From the human T2T-CHM13v2.0 reference genome, Homo sapiens, in contig CP086569.2 in NCBI GenBank assembly GCA_009914755.4, positions 23,648,001 through 23,712,000 of the forward strand: DNA of 64,000 bases, given 5' to 3'. Positions 15,023-26,460 of the stretch are shown here, piece after piece; position 1 is the stretch's first letter, and each line of letters begins with the position of its first letter. The notes below the pieces were generated by a model that saw only the letters and a list, made by a program, of their open reading frames with translations, searched no databases and was not told the DNA's origin. The position numbers and the translations under genes are program-made.

Positions 15023-15333
15023 GGCCAGGTGTGGTGGCTCACGCCTATAATCCTAACGCTTTGGGAGGCTGAGGTGGGCAGATTAGGAGGTCTGGAGATC
15101 AAGACCATCCTGGCTAACATGGGGAAATCCTGTCTCTACTAAAAATACAAAAAAAGTTAGCCGGGCCTGGTGGCAGGCACCTCTGTTCCCAGCTACTCAG
15201 GAGGCTGAGGTAGGAGAATGGCGTCCACATGGGAGGCAAAACTTGCAGTGAGCCTGGTAAGCCTAGATCATGTCACTGAACTCCAGCCTGTGTGACGGGG
15301 GAGACTCTGTCTTAAAAACAAAAACAAAAAAAA
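15023..15333 (+). mobile_element. Alu (AluS-like) inserted into the beta-satellite
   Basis: GGCCAGGTGTGGTGGCTCACGCCTATAATCC...GAGACTCTGTCTTAAAAACAAAAACAAAAAAAA. Paralogous satellite copies (~6790-6830, ~12090-12130) run straight through this site. Imperfect TSD ~ (t)aataatgt / (t)agcaatgt. Confidence 0.9.
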
Positions 15334-17214
15334 TTATAGCAATGTAACTTTTCAGCTTGGACCCAACCAACAGGGGACACTGTCAAACACTGTCACATAT
15401 TTTTGGGCTAATCAGCTAGGTGATGGGTTTCTCCTCCTGGTTTTCTGACCACAGAAGACACTCTGACATATTGCTAAATATAGCATATAGGTAACGTAAC
15501 TCTCCTCTCTTCCCTGGATCCTGCCCACTGAAGAAATTGTGACATACCACTGAGTGCAAAACCTGGGTGATGTGACTCTCCTCTTTCTCCTGGACTCTGC
15601 CAAGAGAGGGAGTTATCAGATATTACTGCACACAGCATTTAGGGAATGTGACTATTCACTATTTTTTCAACCCCGTATACACTGAGCATGATGACATATT
15701 TGAGATTGTACCCAGGTGATATGACTCTTCTGACGTTGTCCTGCCTACAAAGGAGATTATAATATATCCCTGGCTCGACACCCTGATTACATAACACTTC
15801 TCTCTTGTCTCTGTCCAAAGTTGAAACGGTGACATATACCTGGATTCAGCTCATATGCACAATAATAACCCTCATACCTAGACCTAGCCAGGAGAGATAT
15901 TTCAACTCTCATAGCCAGTCATTGTGATTCTCAGATCCACACCCAGCTGACGTAATTGTCATTCTCACACATTAACAGAGCCTACAAATGAGGTGCTAAA
16001 TCTCTCACACCTGAGTAGTTGATATTGTTACTCTCATACATGAATCTGCTCCACAGGTGATTTGATGACGTTTGAACCATTATTCAGTAGAACTGTGGTG
16101 CTTTGACTCTCTTACTGGAACACAATTATTAACTGGGATTGGGGCTTTTATACATGGATCTGTCCCCTTGTTGAGACTGTAATGCCTGTACTTCATAGGG
16201 GGTGCTGACTCTCATACCTGAAGCCAGGAATTTTGTGGGACTGTGAAACTTATTTCTGAACATTTTCAAGTTTGTGATTGAGAAGTATGACTTTGTTCAG
16301 CATCTGAGTGTTTTGACCCTCCTTTCTGGTCCCAGAGCACAGTTGAAATTGTAAAATACATGCACCAAGCACCTTTGGCAATGTGACAAAGGGCACTTTT
16401 TCATATCCCTGGGACCAGCACCAAGTTGATATGAACTCTTGGCCTGAACTCTGCCTGTGAAGAGCATTGTGGCTTTTATCTAGGCCTGTCACATAAGTTA
16501 TGTGATTTTCTTCTACTGCCTTGGCCCTGCACTTACAGTGCATTGTGACACATCACTGTGTACTGCACTCAGGTGTTGTGACTCTTTTTTGGGGAGAGGT
16601 TTGCCAATAGGAAACTTTGGAACATATCACTTGTCTCAGTATCTAGGTGAGGTTTCTACTCTTTTGCCTGGGCCCTGACCACCAGAAAGATTGTGAAATA
16701 TTGCTGAACCCAGCACCAAGTCAGGTCCCTCTCCTGCATGGTCCTGCACACGGGGGAAATTATGACAAATATCCAGGCTAATTTCCTAGGTGAAGTTTGT
16801 CTCCTATACTGCCTAAGCCCCGGCAGGCCCTGCCCATGGTGAGGAGAGGGGTTCAGATATCTCACTGAAACCAGCATTTATGTGATGTGACTCTTCTTCC
16901 AGAATCCTGCCCACAAGGAGGATTGTGACATTTCAGTGGAGCAGATCCCACTCAGGTGGTGTGACTTTCCTTTCTTCTCCCTGTCCACAGGTGATGTTGT
17001 GGAATATACCTGAGACTAGATGAAAGGTCTATCAGTGACTTTTGTACCTGGAGCCAGGACATGTGCAGGATGGTGACTCGTATCCCTAAACTTTTCCACC
17101 AGTGTTATTGTGACATATTCCTTTGCCCAGCCCCTGAGTGATTTAATAATCTTGCCTGGTTATAGCTCACTGATGACATTTTGACATATACCTGAGACAC
17201 GAACCTTGGTGATT

Positions 17215-17670
17215 TATCAGGGGAACCAACCCCCAATATTTTAACATAGGTTCTTTTCTATTTTCCCTAAGTGTCAGTGGGTCTGAGAAATAAAGAGAAA
17301 GAGTACAAAAGAGATAAATTTTAAAGCTGAGTGTCTTGTTGGTCATGTCAGCAGGTTCTGTGATGCCCCCTGAGCTGCAAAACCAGCAAGATTTAATTAG
17401 CAATTTTCAAAGGGGAGGGAATGTACAAATAGGGTGTCGGTCACAGAGATCACATGCTTCCCATTTTAAGGGAAAGAAAAAGCTGAACCTCTTATTCAAA
17501 GTAGAATGATGATTCTCATTCTCCTGATAAGAAACAAAATAAGTAGCCTCCAGGCATTCCCTTCCACCAGAGGAGCAGTTGTTTTTTAAATAGCCCTTTG
17601 GTGCCCAGTCTATTACTAAACCATATGAGCCTTTTTTTCATATTACTGCATGTGAGTTAACACAATCATC
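17215..17670 (-). repeat. 3' LTR of the ERVK provirus (shorter and divergent in its internal half relative to the 5' LTR)
   Basis: 17215-17460 aligns to 21529-21785. After that, only a short shared segment (agttaacacaatcatc at ~17655 vs ~22325) before env-derived sequence begins. Confidence 0.6.
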
Positions 17671-18110
17671 CCAAACTAAAGTTTTAGATGGGCCCTCAAA
17701 ATTTTTAGGGCATGCTTTTCCTGCAGGTTTATATTGAAAGTATGAGGCATCTCCCATTACTCCCCCTTTCATTTGTTTTAAAGGAGAAAGGGAGAGGCCA
17801 GAGACCAAATGCCCCGGTTCCTCTGTAGCTGATCTCTCCAGAAGATAAGCAGCCCAGACTAGAGTTTCTAGATGTATACAACCAGCTGCCTGTCTGAGGC
17901 ACAGAGATGGGCATCTATAACTACAACCCATAGTAACATTAAATGCAGTGGCTTCTTCTCCTGGTTGAGTGGGGCAACAGTCATCTGTAGGTCCAGGCAT
18001 CCATGCACTGTCATTAGTGTAGATTTCCACAGGAGCATCCATCCAGGTGAGAGGTCAAATAAGTGGAGGAAAAGACACATAAGCCCACTAAGAATAATTT
18101 TGTGTAGCAG
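17638..18110 (-). pseudogene. env surface-subunit N-terminal fragment (HERV-K Env-like); remainder of env deleted
   Basis: 134-aa ORF 17638-18042: MDAPVEIYTNDSAWMPGPTDDCCPTQPGEEATAFNVTMGCSYRCPSLCLRQAAGC...KACPKNFEGPSKTLVWDDCVNSHAVI. It parallels HERV-K Env ...[53 protein letters not shown]...[30 protein letters not shown] (recalled from memory). Confidence 0.75.
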
Positions 18111-18552
18111 GTAAATCAGTGTGAGAGGAAACTGGTGAGACAGAATGTATAAGGAGGAGAATCATTAAACAAAACCTATTGTAAGTAAGATTCAGTGCTG
18201 AGATTCAGGGAGGAAGAGAAGAACAGAGGGATGTTATTTTCAGGTTAATATGAACGGTGAGATTTTTAGGTCTGTAAGGGGAAAAAGAAAGGTAATTAGG
18301 TGAAGTGGGATTGGTTAGATGGGTCTCCATTGCCATCAAGGACGATTGAACCAGACCCATCTTGATTTGGTGGGCCAGCTTCTGAGGAGTTGGCACAGAT
18401 CTCACCATGGCTGAGGTCCGTCTCTGATGCGGACCTCTGTTCCCTGTGGTTTTTGTCATCAATATTCACATGAAGCTTGATTCTCCTAGTGGATATTCAG
18501 AGAGGGGATTGATGATCTCCTGGTGAAATGCAAGCATATCCTCATTTCCACA

Positions 18553-20060
18553 TTAAGTAGAATCAGAGACAATATTTAAAGGTTTAGGGAAATCCTGTAA
18601 GACAGTAATTACAGCAATTAAATCTGCCTTTTGAGCAGAGGTATAAAGGGTAGAAATAAGCTTGTCTGTAGGACCCACATAGCCAGCATTTCCATTACTG
18701 GAGCCATCAGTGAACACTGTAATGGCCTCAGGAATGGGCTGGTCTTTGGTTAAGCAAGAGACCACCGAAGATGTCATTTTTATAAAATTAAACAATTTGT
18801 TTTTTGGATAATGATTGTCAATAACGCCAATAAAATCAGCCAAGTGAATTTGCCACAGTACAGAATGTTGAAAGGTGGCTTGAATTTTGAGCCAATTTAA
18901 AGGAACTACAATTAAATTTGGATCAAATCCAGAAATTTCAAGTATTTTACACCAAGCTTGTTCAATTAAGATGGCCAGTTGGGCCAGATAAACAGACAAA
19001 GCTTTTGACACAGAATGGGGAAGAAAACACCACTCTATTAAATCATTATGTTGAACTATTAGCCCAGTAGAGGAGTGCAAGGAAGCAAAAACTAGAAGCT
19101 GAAAAGGCTGAAATGGCTGTACTCTAGATAGCTGGGCAGTCTGGATTCTTCCCTCTATGAATTCCAGTCCTGGTGAAGCCTCATGTGTCAAACTCCTGGA
19201 ACTGCAGAGATTGGAATCTCCCCACAGTGTAGAAAACAAGTTAGACAGTGCATAGGTCAGAATGCCTAAAGTAGGTCTTAAATAATTAATGTTACCCAAA
19301 GGTTTCAGAAGTCTTTAAAGTTTTCAAAGAATCTCTCCTAATTTGAACTTTTTGAGGTTGAATACGTTGTTTATCAACCACCATTCCTAAATATCAAACA
19401 GGAGTGGTCTGCTGAATTTTATTCTGAGTGATGTGCAATCCAGCCTCTGTAACACAATGGCTCAAAATTTGATAACAGTCAATTAATTCTTTATGAAGGG
19501 GGGTGGCAACTAAAATATCATCAATATAATGAAGAATATAGGCCTGGGGAATTGGGCTCAAACTGGTGAAAGCACTTGTCTAACATAAAGCTGGCAGATT
19601 GTAGGGCTATTCAGCATTCCCTGAGGAAGTGCTTTCATTGATAACGAGCTGCAGGCTCCTGATTATTGATAGATGGTAAAGTACAAGCAAATTTTTCACA
19701 ATTCAATTCATGTAAAGCAATATAAAAAATGATCTTTAAGATCAAATGAGAGGTCAAAACTTAGATATTAAAGCAGGGGCAGGCATGCCAGGTTGGATGA
19801 CTCCCATAGGTTTAATTACAGTATTAGTGGCCCTTAAATGAGTTACCATCTGCAACTTTCCTGATTTCTTTTTTTACTAGAAACACAGTAGAATTCCAGG
19901 GGAAAAGGGAAAATTCTGCATTACCAAGTTGTAACTGTTCAGAAACTAATTGAGTTAAACCCTCCAGTTTTCTTTAGAAGCCACTGCAGGTGTTTAATCC
20001 TCACAGGTGTGTCAGATTAAACTTTAATGTATGCAGGCAACATCTCGTGATCCAGTAAAT
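18553..20060 (-). pseudogene. pol remnant: RT (YIDD motif) and RNase H; frameshifted; protease and integrase largely missing
   Basis: 248-aa ORF 18553-19299 ends ...AITVFTDGSSNGNAGYVGPTDKLISTLYTSAQKADLIAVITVLQDFPKPLNIVSDS, i.e. RNase H as in HERV-K ...VFTDGSSNGKAAYTGP...SAQRAELVAVITVLQDF. The reverse complement of ~19505-19549 encodes PQAYILHYIDDILVA, the RT active-site motif. Confidence 0.7.
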
Positions 20061-20064
20061 TTTG

Positions 20065-21172
20065 TCATTGGATGGAATGCATGGCCATCTTACACTCATG
20101 GTTCACATTTTCAAAAGCTAACATACAAAGGAGAACACCTTGAACATGATAATTAGAGACAGATTTTTCAACAGCATCTTGTAATTTAGCTAAAAAATCA
20201 GGGTATAATTCAGTGTGACCTTGTTTAACAGTAGTAAAAGAAGCAGGAGCTTGGCCTAGGGTGCGTAATTTATCCCAAGCTCTCATACACACCTTTGCTA
20301 CTTGTTCTGTGGTAAGAGCATCAAAGTTTAATTGGGCATAAGTATCAGAGAAATTATCAGACCCTGTGAGCTGAGCCTGAGTAGTTAGAATGCCATTAGT
20401 CAAATTTAGCTGAGCCTGCAAATAGGCCTTCTCTGACCACCAGGTACAAAACTGTAAATGCTGAGATGGGTTAGAACAGCTATTGCCAAAAGGTCCCAGT
20501 CTAAAGGAAGGAAAATGACCTCTGTACAAAAGTTTGTAATACCATTTTAACATAAGGAGAAGTAGGGTCATACTGAGTACAAGCATCCTTAAATTCTTTT
20601 AAAAAGGTAAGATTGAGAGGTACACAATGATGCAGACCGGTTGAGGAACTGAAATGACAGGAGGGTGCGGGGATGCGATGGATGGGGGAGTGCTTGGAGA
20701 ATTAAAGGTAAATTGTAGTTTGGTTCCAGAGCCATTAGCTGACACCAGAGGTTTGAAGAGAGAAGAATTACCACATATATGGAAATGGGCTGTAGGAGTT
20801 GGGGCCACGGGAGTTACAAGTACTGGCTTTTCATGAAAAGAAATAAGGTCAGCAGGGGGTAACATTAAGCCAAAGTTACTGGAGTTAGACACTGAATTTT
20901 CAGCATCGTTAGGTGGGGGGAGGAGTAGGTGAAGGGAGAGGCTGAGCAGATAACAAAGGCGGTATGGGAAAGGAAAGTTGAGGAGGTATTAGGACAGCAT
21001 GTACCAAGGCCCAATCACCCCACACAGCGATGGGAACATAATTCCCTGTCGAGACCAGTTCCCAGAATATTGAACCAACATGATCCCATAATTTTACATA
21101 TAAGTTTCCTTTTTCAGGAAACCAAGGACAGTATTTTTCCACTGCCCTGAATACAGTCACCATATTTTCCAT
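20065..21172 (-). pseudogene. gag remnant (matrix N-terminus plus capsid with major homology region), shortened relative to HERV-K gag
   Basis: ORF 20909-21172 ...VEKYCPWFPEKGNLYVKLWDHVGSIFWELVSTGNYVPIAVWGDWALVHAVLIPPQ ~ HERV-K Gag ...IEQFCPWFPEQGTLDLKDWKRIGKELKQAGRKGNIIPLTVWNDWAIIKAALEPFQ. ORF 20065-20586 ...QFCTWWSEKAY...VCMRAWDKLRTLGQAPASFTTVKQGHTELYPDFLAKLQDAVEKS...LAFENVNHECKMA ~ HERV-K ...FLQFKTWWIDG...ICLRAWEKIQDPGSTCPSFNTVRQGSKEPYPDFVARLQDVAQKS...MAYENANPECQSA. Confidence 0.75.
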
Positions 21173-21528
21173 GGTTACTTAGACCCTTCCCCGTTTTAAC
21201 AGGTCTACATCTAAGTTTCCTTTTTCAGGAAACCAAGGACAGTATTTTCCCACTCTCTTGAATAGAGTGATCATATTTTTCCATGGGCACTCAAACCCTT
21301 TCCTCTTTTAACTGGAGTTTAATATAGAAGAGATAAGTATAATTTTTAGACTCTGTATGACCCATAGTTAACCCAGACAAATTCACAGACTACTCACAAA
21401 TCATCAGGGAGTTGAACAAGTGTTTCTGTGGACCAAACCGATGATGTTTCTCCACACCTACCTACCAAAGGGAATTGGATTCCCACATGCACTTAGGAAA
21501 AAGAAAAAAACACATTGGTGCACCAGAT

Positions 21529-22536
21529 ATCAGGGGAACCAGCCCCCAATATTTCAATATAGACTCTTTTCTATTTTCCCTAAGTGCAGGCATGTCTGAG
21601 AAATAAAGGGAAAGAGTACAAAAGAGAGAAATTTTAAAGCTGGTTGTCTGGGGAAGACATCACATGTCAGCAGGTTCCATGATGCCCCCTGAGCTGCAAA
21701 ACCAGAAAGTTTTTAATTAGCAAATTTCAAAGGGGTGGGAGTGTACACATTGGGTGTGGGTCACAGAGATCACATGCTTCAAAGGCAATAAAACATCACA
21801 AGGCGAATGGGTGGGGCAGGGTCACAAGGCCAGGGTGAAACTAGAATTGCTGATGGAGTTTCATGTCCCACTGTGCATGCATTGTCATTGACAAATGTCT
21901 TAACAGAAACAGGGTTCAAGAGCAGAGAACCAGTCTGACTAGAATTCACCAGGCTGGAATTTCCTAATCCTAGCAAGCCTGTGGACACTGCCAGAGACTA
22001 GGGCATGTTTCATCCCTATCTACAACTGCATAAGGCAGACACTCCCAGAGTGGCCGTTTTAGAGGCTCCCCTCCCCCGAGGAGTGTATTCTTTTCCCAGG
22101 GCTGTTAATTATTAGTATTCCTTACTGAGGAAAGAATTCAGCAATATTTCTCTTACCCATTTTCAGTAATAAGAGAAATATGACTCTGTCCTGCCTGGTT
22201 CCCAGGCAGTCAGACCTAATGATTATCTCCATTGTTCCCTGAACATTGGTGTTATCCTGTTCTTTTTTCAAGGTGCCAAGATTTCGTATTGTTCAAACAC
22301 ACATGCTTTATGAACAAGTTTTTCAGTTAACACAATCATCACAGGGTCCTGGGGTGACACACATCCTCAGCTTATGAAGATACTGGGATTAAGAGATTAA
22401 GGTAAAGACAGGTATAGGAAATTATAAGAGTATTGATTGGGGAAGTGATAAATGTCCATGAAATCTTCACAATTTATGTTCTTCTGCCATGGCTTCAGCC
22501 AGCCCCTCTGTTCGGGTTCCCTGACTTCCCACAACA
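21529..22536 (-). repeat. 5' LTR of the ERVK provirus (~1.0 kb); element-sense 5' end begins TGTTGTGGGAAGTCAGGG
   Basis: Repeat of the 17215-17460 sequence plus ~750 bp of LTR-specific sequence. It is immediately followed, in element sense, by TCTGGTGCACCAATGTG (reverse complement of ~21500-21528), a possible degraded primer-binding site. Confidence 0.65.
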
Positions 22537-25500
22537 GTGATTTGAATTTTGTGTCTTAACACTATCCTCAGAAGAAATCATAACATATTTCTAGACTTAT
22601 CGTCTAGCTTATGTGACTCTCCTCTCCTGTCTGAACGCTGCTTCCTGTGAAGAGTGTAGCATTTTTAAGCACTGCATCCAAATGACATAACCCTCTTGCC
22701 TAACCTTTTCAATAGTAGGTATTGTGACATATTTCTGTGCCATCATTTAGGTGGTATGACTCTCCTTTCCTGCCTGGACAATCTCCATAGGAGGCATTAT
22801 GCCATAGAGTTGGGTTAACACCCCATATTTGTGAGATTTCTGTTCGTGTTTTGCCTACAAAGAGAATATTGGAATATTTCTGGCTTAGGATTTAGGTGAC
22901 ATGGTTTTCCTGCCTGTTTAATAACCACAAAGGGGATGGTGACATATACTTAGGCACAGCTAAAAGGCATAATAATGACTCTCATAGGTGGACCAAGCCA
23001 ATAGGAGAAATTTTGACTCTTCTAGGTTCATGTACCTGAGTGATTTCCAGGATCTTCTTCTGTAAAATGTCACAGAAGATTACAAAACTCACGCATATCT
23101 TATAACACCCTTGGGTTGTATAGAGAGTGTCATAACAGGGCCTAGCACACAAAAGGGATTCTGGGTCTCCAATGCTGAGACCCAGCTGACAGTAAGGACT
23201 TTCACTATTACAGATGGATGGAGGCAACTGTCCTACATGAAAACAGCACATGTGTGGTATTTTATTCCATCATAATTGTGATATAAATCTTTGTCAGGTA
23301 TCTGTGTGATTTTACTCTTCTGACTCGTTCCAGCCAACATATGGGATTTTGACATCTACCTAAGCCAATTTTAAAGTGCTGTGACTCTTCTGCCTGGATC
23401 ATGCTCAGTAAGAATGGTGACATCGCTGGATCCAGCTCCCAGGTTACTTTACATTAGTGTCTGCACCATGCCCAGAAACATCTTAACAACATCACTGTGT
23501 CCATCACTTAGGAGATGTAACTCTCCTCTCTGGAATGAGCCCTGCACACAGGGATGGATGATGACACATTCCTAGGCCAGGCACATCACTGATGATACTA
23601 TTTTTCCAGGGCCATTCCTCAAAGAGGACATTTTGCCATATCACAGGGCCTATCATGTAGGTTATAGGACCTGCCCACTTGAAGAGTGACATACTGCTAG
23701 GCCAGGCACAAAGGTGATGATGCTCTTTTGCCAGAGCCATGCTTTAGGGAAGACTTTTTGACATATCTCTGTGGCTATCACCTAATTAATGTGACTTCCT
23801 GCTTGGTCCTGCCCACATGGGGCATTGTGACATAAGGGTGGAATCTGGACCTAGGTGATGTATCTCCCTTGCCTGGGTCCTTTTCTAAGGGTGACAAGTG
23901 ATGTGAATACATCAGGACCAAGAATCAGGTGATGTGTTTCCTCAGCCTGGTTTCTGCCCACATATTAAATTATGACATATACCTAAGGAAACAACTGGGT
24001 TATATGACTCTCTTTTTCTGCTTGAGCCCAGCTTACTGGTGACACTGAGACACATCTCTGAGCCCATGACCTAAGTCATTTGACTCTTCCTCTGTCTGTG
24101 CTTCTCTGATGGGAATATTCTGACATATTAATGAGTCCAGCACTTAGGTAATGTGTCTTTTGTTTTCTTGCTGAACAATGCCCACAAACAGGACTTTTCC
24201 TGTGCTTCAGGGCCCAGCACCCAGATTATGTCACTCTTCTGCCTAGGTCATGCATAAATGGAAACATTATAGCATATTGCTCAGCCCAGTACTCCAATGA
24301 TGTAACTCTCCTCCTTCTGCCAGAGCTCCAGAAGGTATTTTGACATATTATTGGCCCATTCTTTAGGTGTTTTGACCTCATCACTTTTCTGGGTTTCTTC
24401 AACATGAGTTTGTATCATATTGGTGGCTCCAGCCCCCAGTTCATGTGACCCTCTTTTCTAGGCCCTGCCTAGAGATGACACTGTGACATGTTGTGTGGCA
24501 CATCAGTTAAGTGATTTTAACTTTTTGCCTAATTTTCTTGCCCACAAATGGGATTAGGATATATACCTTGCTTCAGTTCAAAGGTAAGATGATCAAGCTT
24601 ATATTGGGATTCAGCCAACAGGGGATATCTTGCCTCAAGCAACTATGTTTATGTCAATAGTTAAGGTCCTTCATTGCATACTTGTGCAGAACTCACTGAA
24701 ATTTACAATACTAAATCATATCAGAGAAACTTCTTGGCTGGTATAGAGAGTTTGATAATAGGGCCCAGCAAAAAGTTAAGATTGTGACTCTTGACTACAT
24801 ATTCTCAATTTACAAAGCCCATTGTTGAGGTCCTCAGTCTAACAAGTAAATACAGCAGAAAGTTGGAATTGTGACATTCATAAGTGAATGTGGCCACATA
24901 TAGGATGGTGATTCATTTTTGGCTCCAGGTAACAGGCATAATTGTGGTCTCATTCCTGAGTCCAGTGTATAGGAAATCTGTATTCTGTCATGCCTGGGTT
25001 TATGGCTATATATAAGATCATGAGTCCATATAAACATGTAAGCCTCAGAAAGTTTAGCAACTCTGATGCATGCTGAACAAAGTTCCCTGATGTTATAGAG
25101 AGTGCCATACAATGGCCAGTACATATGTGAGACTGTGGCTCTCATATACACAACTAGCTAACAGTTAATATTTTCGCCCTTAAAAATGAAAAGATGTGTC
25201 ATATCCATTTGCTTAGTACCCAGGTGTTGAGACTTTTTGGTTTAAATTCCTTTCTATAAGCACTTTGTTACATATCACTGGTTCAGAATCATGATAATGT
25301 GATTCTTCTGGCTGGACCTTTTAATCAGGGAATATTTTTAGATATCTCTGGGCCTATTGGCTACCTGATATGTCTCCCTGCCAGTGTCCTGCCCACAGGG
25401 GCACTATGACATATCGTGAGATATAGCATCTAGGTAATGTGACTCTCCCCTCCTGCCTGGATTCTGCCGGCTGAAGAAATTGTGACATATTACTGAGTGA

Positions 25501-26118
25501 AATACCTTGGTGACGTGACTTTCCTTTTTTTCCTAAACTCTGCCAGGCTTTATTTCATAATTCTGAGCTTAGCACCCAGCCAGTGTGATTCTCTTTTTCT
25601 TCTTCAAAACTGTCTACATTGGGGATCTGGCATATTATTACAGGCTGTACCCAAGTGATATGTCTCTTCTGTCTAATTTCTGCCCAAATGTTGGATTGTG
25701 ATGTATAACTAGGGAAGTACCTAGGTGATATGACTCTCCTTTTCTGCCTGGGCCCTGCAGATATTTGTCTGCAGTGGGGAACATCTATGAGCCCTTGGCC
25801 TAAGTGAAGAGACTGCTTCTTCTCCCTGGCTTTTATAACAGTGGTTTATGCCATATTGCTGAGCCCAGCCCTCAGGTTATTTTACTTTTTTCTTTTTTCT
25901 TGAACCATGATCACACAATAAATTTTGACCTATTGCAGGACCCCAACACACAGATGATGTTAGTCTTTTACCTGGGTCCTGCATATAGAGATAATTATTG
26001 CAGATTTCTGGGCCCAGCACCCTGTTAATGTGACTTTCATGCTTGTCCCAGAGCCAAAGAAAGTATTTTGACCTCTCCTGGGCCCATTATGTATGTGTTT
26101 TGTCTGTCGTAACTTGGC

Positions 26119-26460
26119 TTTTTTATTTTTTTATTTTTATTTTATTTGTTTGTTTGTTTGTTTTTGGTGGGGGGATGGAATCTTGCTCTGTCACCCAGCC
26201 TGGAGCTCTGGAGTACAATGGTGTGATCTCGGCTCAGTGCAACCTCCGCCTCCTAGGTTCAAGCTGTTCTCCTGCCTCAGCCTCCTGAGTGGCTGGGATT
26301 ACAGGCATGTGCCACCATGCTCGGCTCATCTTTGTATTTTTAGTAGAGACGGGGTTTCATTATGTTGGTCAGGCTGGTCTAGAACTCTTGTCCTCGTGAT
26401 TTGCCTGCCTTGGCCACCCAAAGTGCTGGGATTACAGGCGTGTGGCATGGTGCCCAGCCT
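26119..26460 (-). mobile_element. Alu (AluS-like) inserted into the beta-satellite
   Basis: Poly-T / (TTTG)n tail complement 26119-26175, then gatggaatcttgctctgtcacccagcctggag...ggattacaggcgtgtggcatggtgcccagcc. Paralogous empty sites: ~31265-31285 (ataacttggctggattttttcc), ~11165-11185, ~6225-6245. Confidence 0.9.

Larger units (their letters stand above)
17215..22536 (-). mobile_element. ERVK (betaretrovirus-like, HML-type) provirus, internally deleted (~5.3 kb), inserted into the beta-satellite; flanked by 6-bp direct repeat GTGATT (17209-17214 and 22537-22542)
   Basis: Two LTR copies: 17215-~17670 and 21529-22536. Their first ~250 bp are near-identical (atcaggggaaccaacccccaatatt...tcacagagatcacatgcttc). 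Minus-strand remnants of gag, pol and env between the LTRs show clear similarity to HERV-K proteins. The paralogous satellite copy at ~29325-29345 (ccttggtgatttgactgtgc) is uninterrupted. Confidence 0.85.

Noticed and set aside
1-17200. Dozens of 60-130 aa ORFs across the satellite on both strands (e.g. 1884-2264, 8312-8608, 9156-9458, 16250-16543, 28244-28678, 29160-29483, 30858-31223)
   Set aside because: They lie in diverged tandem satellite monomers, have no start or stop context, and no recognisable protein similarity. Their lengths are what low-stop-density repetitive DNA produces by chance.
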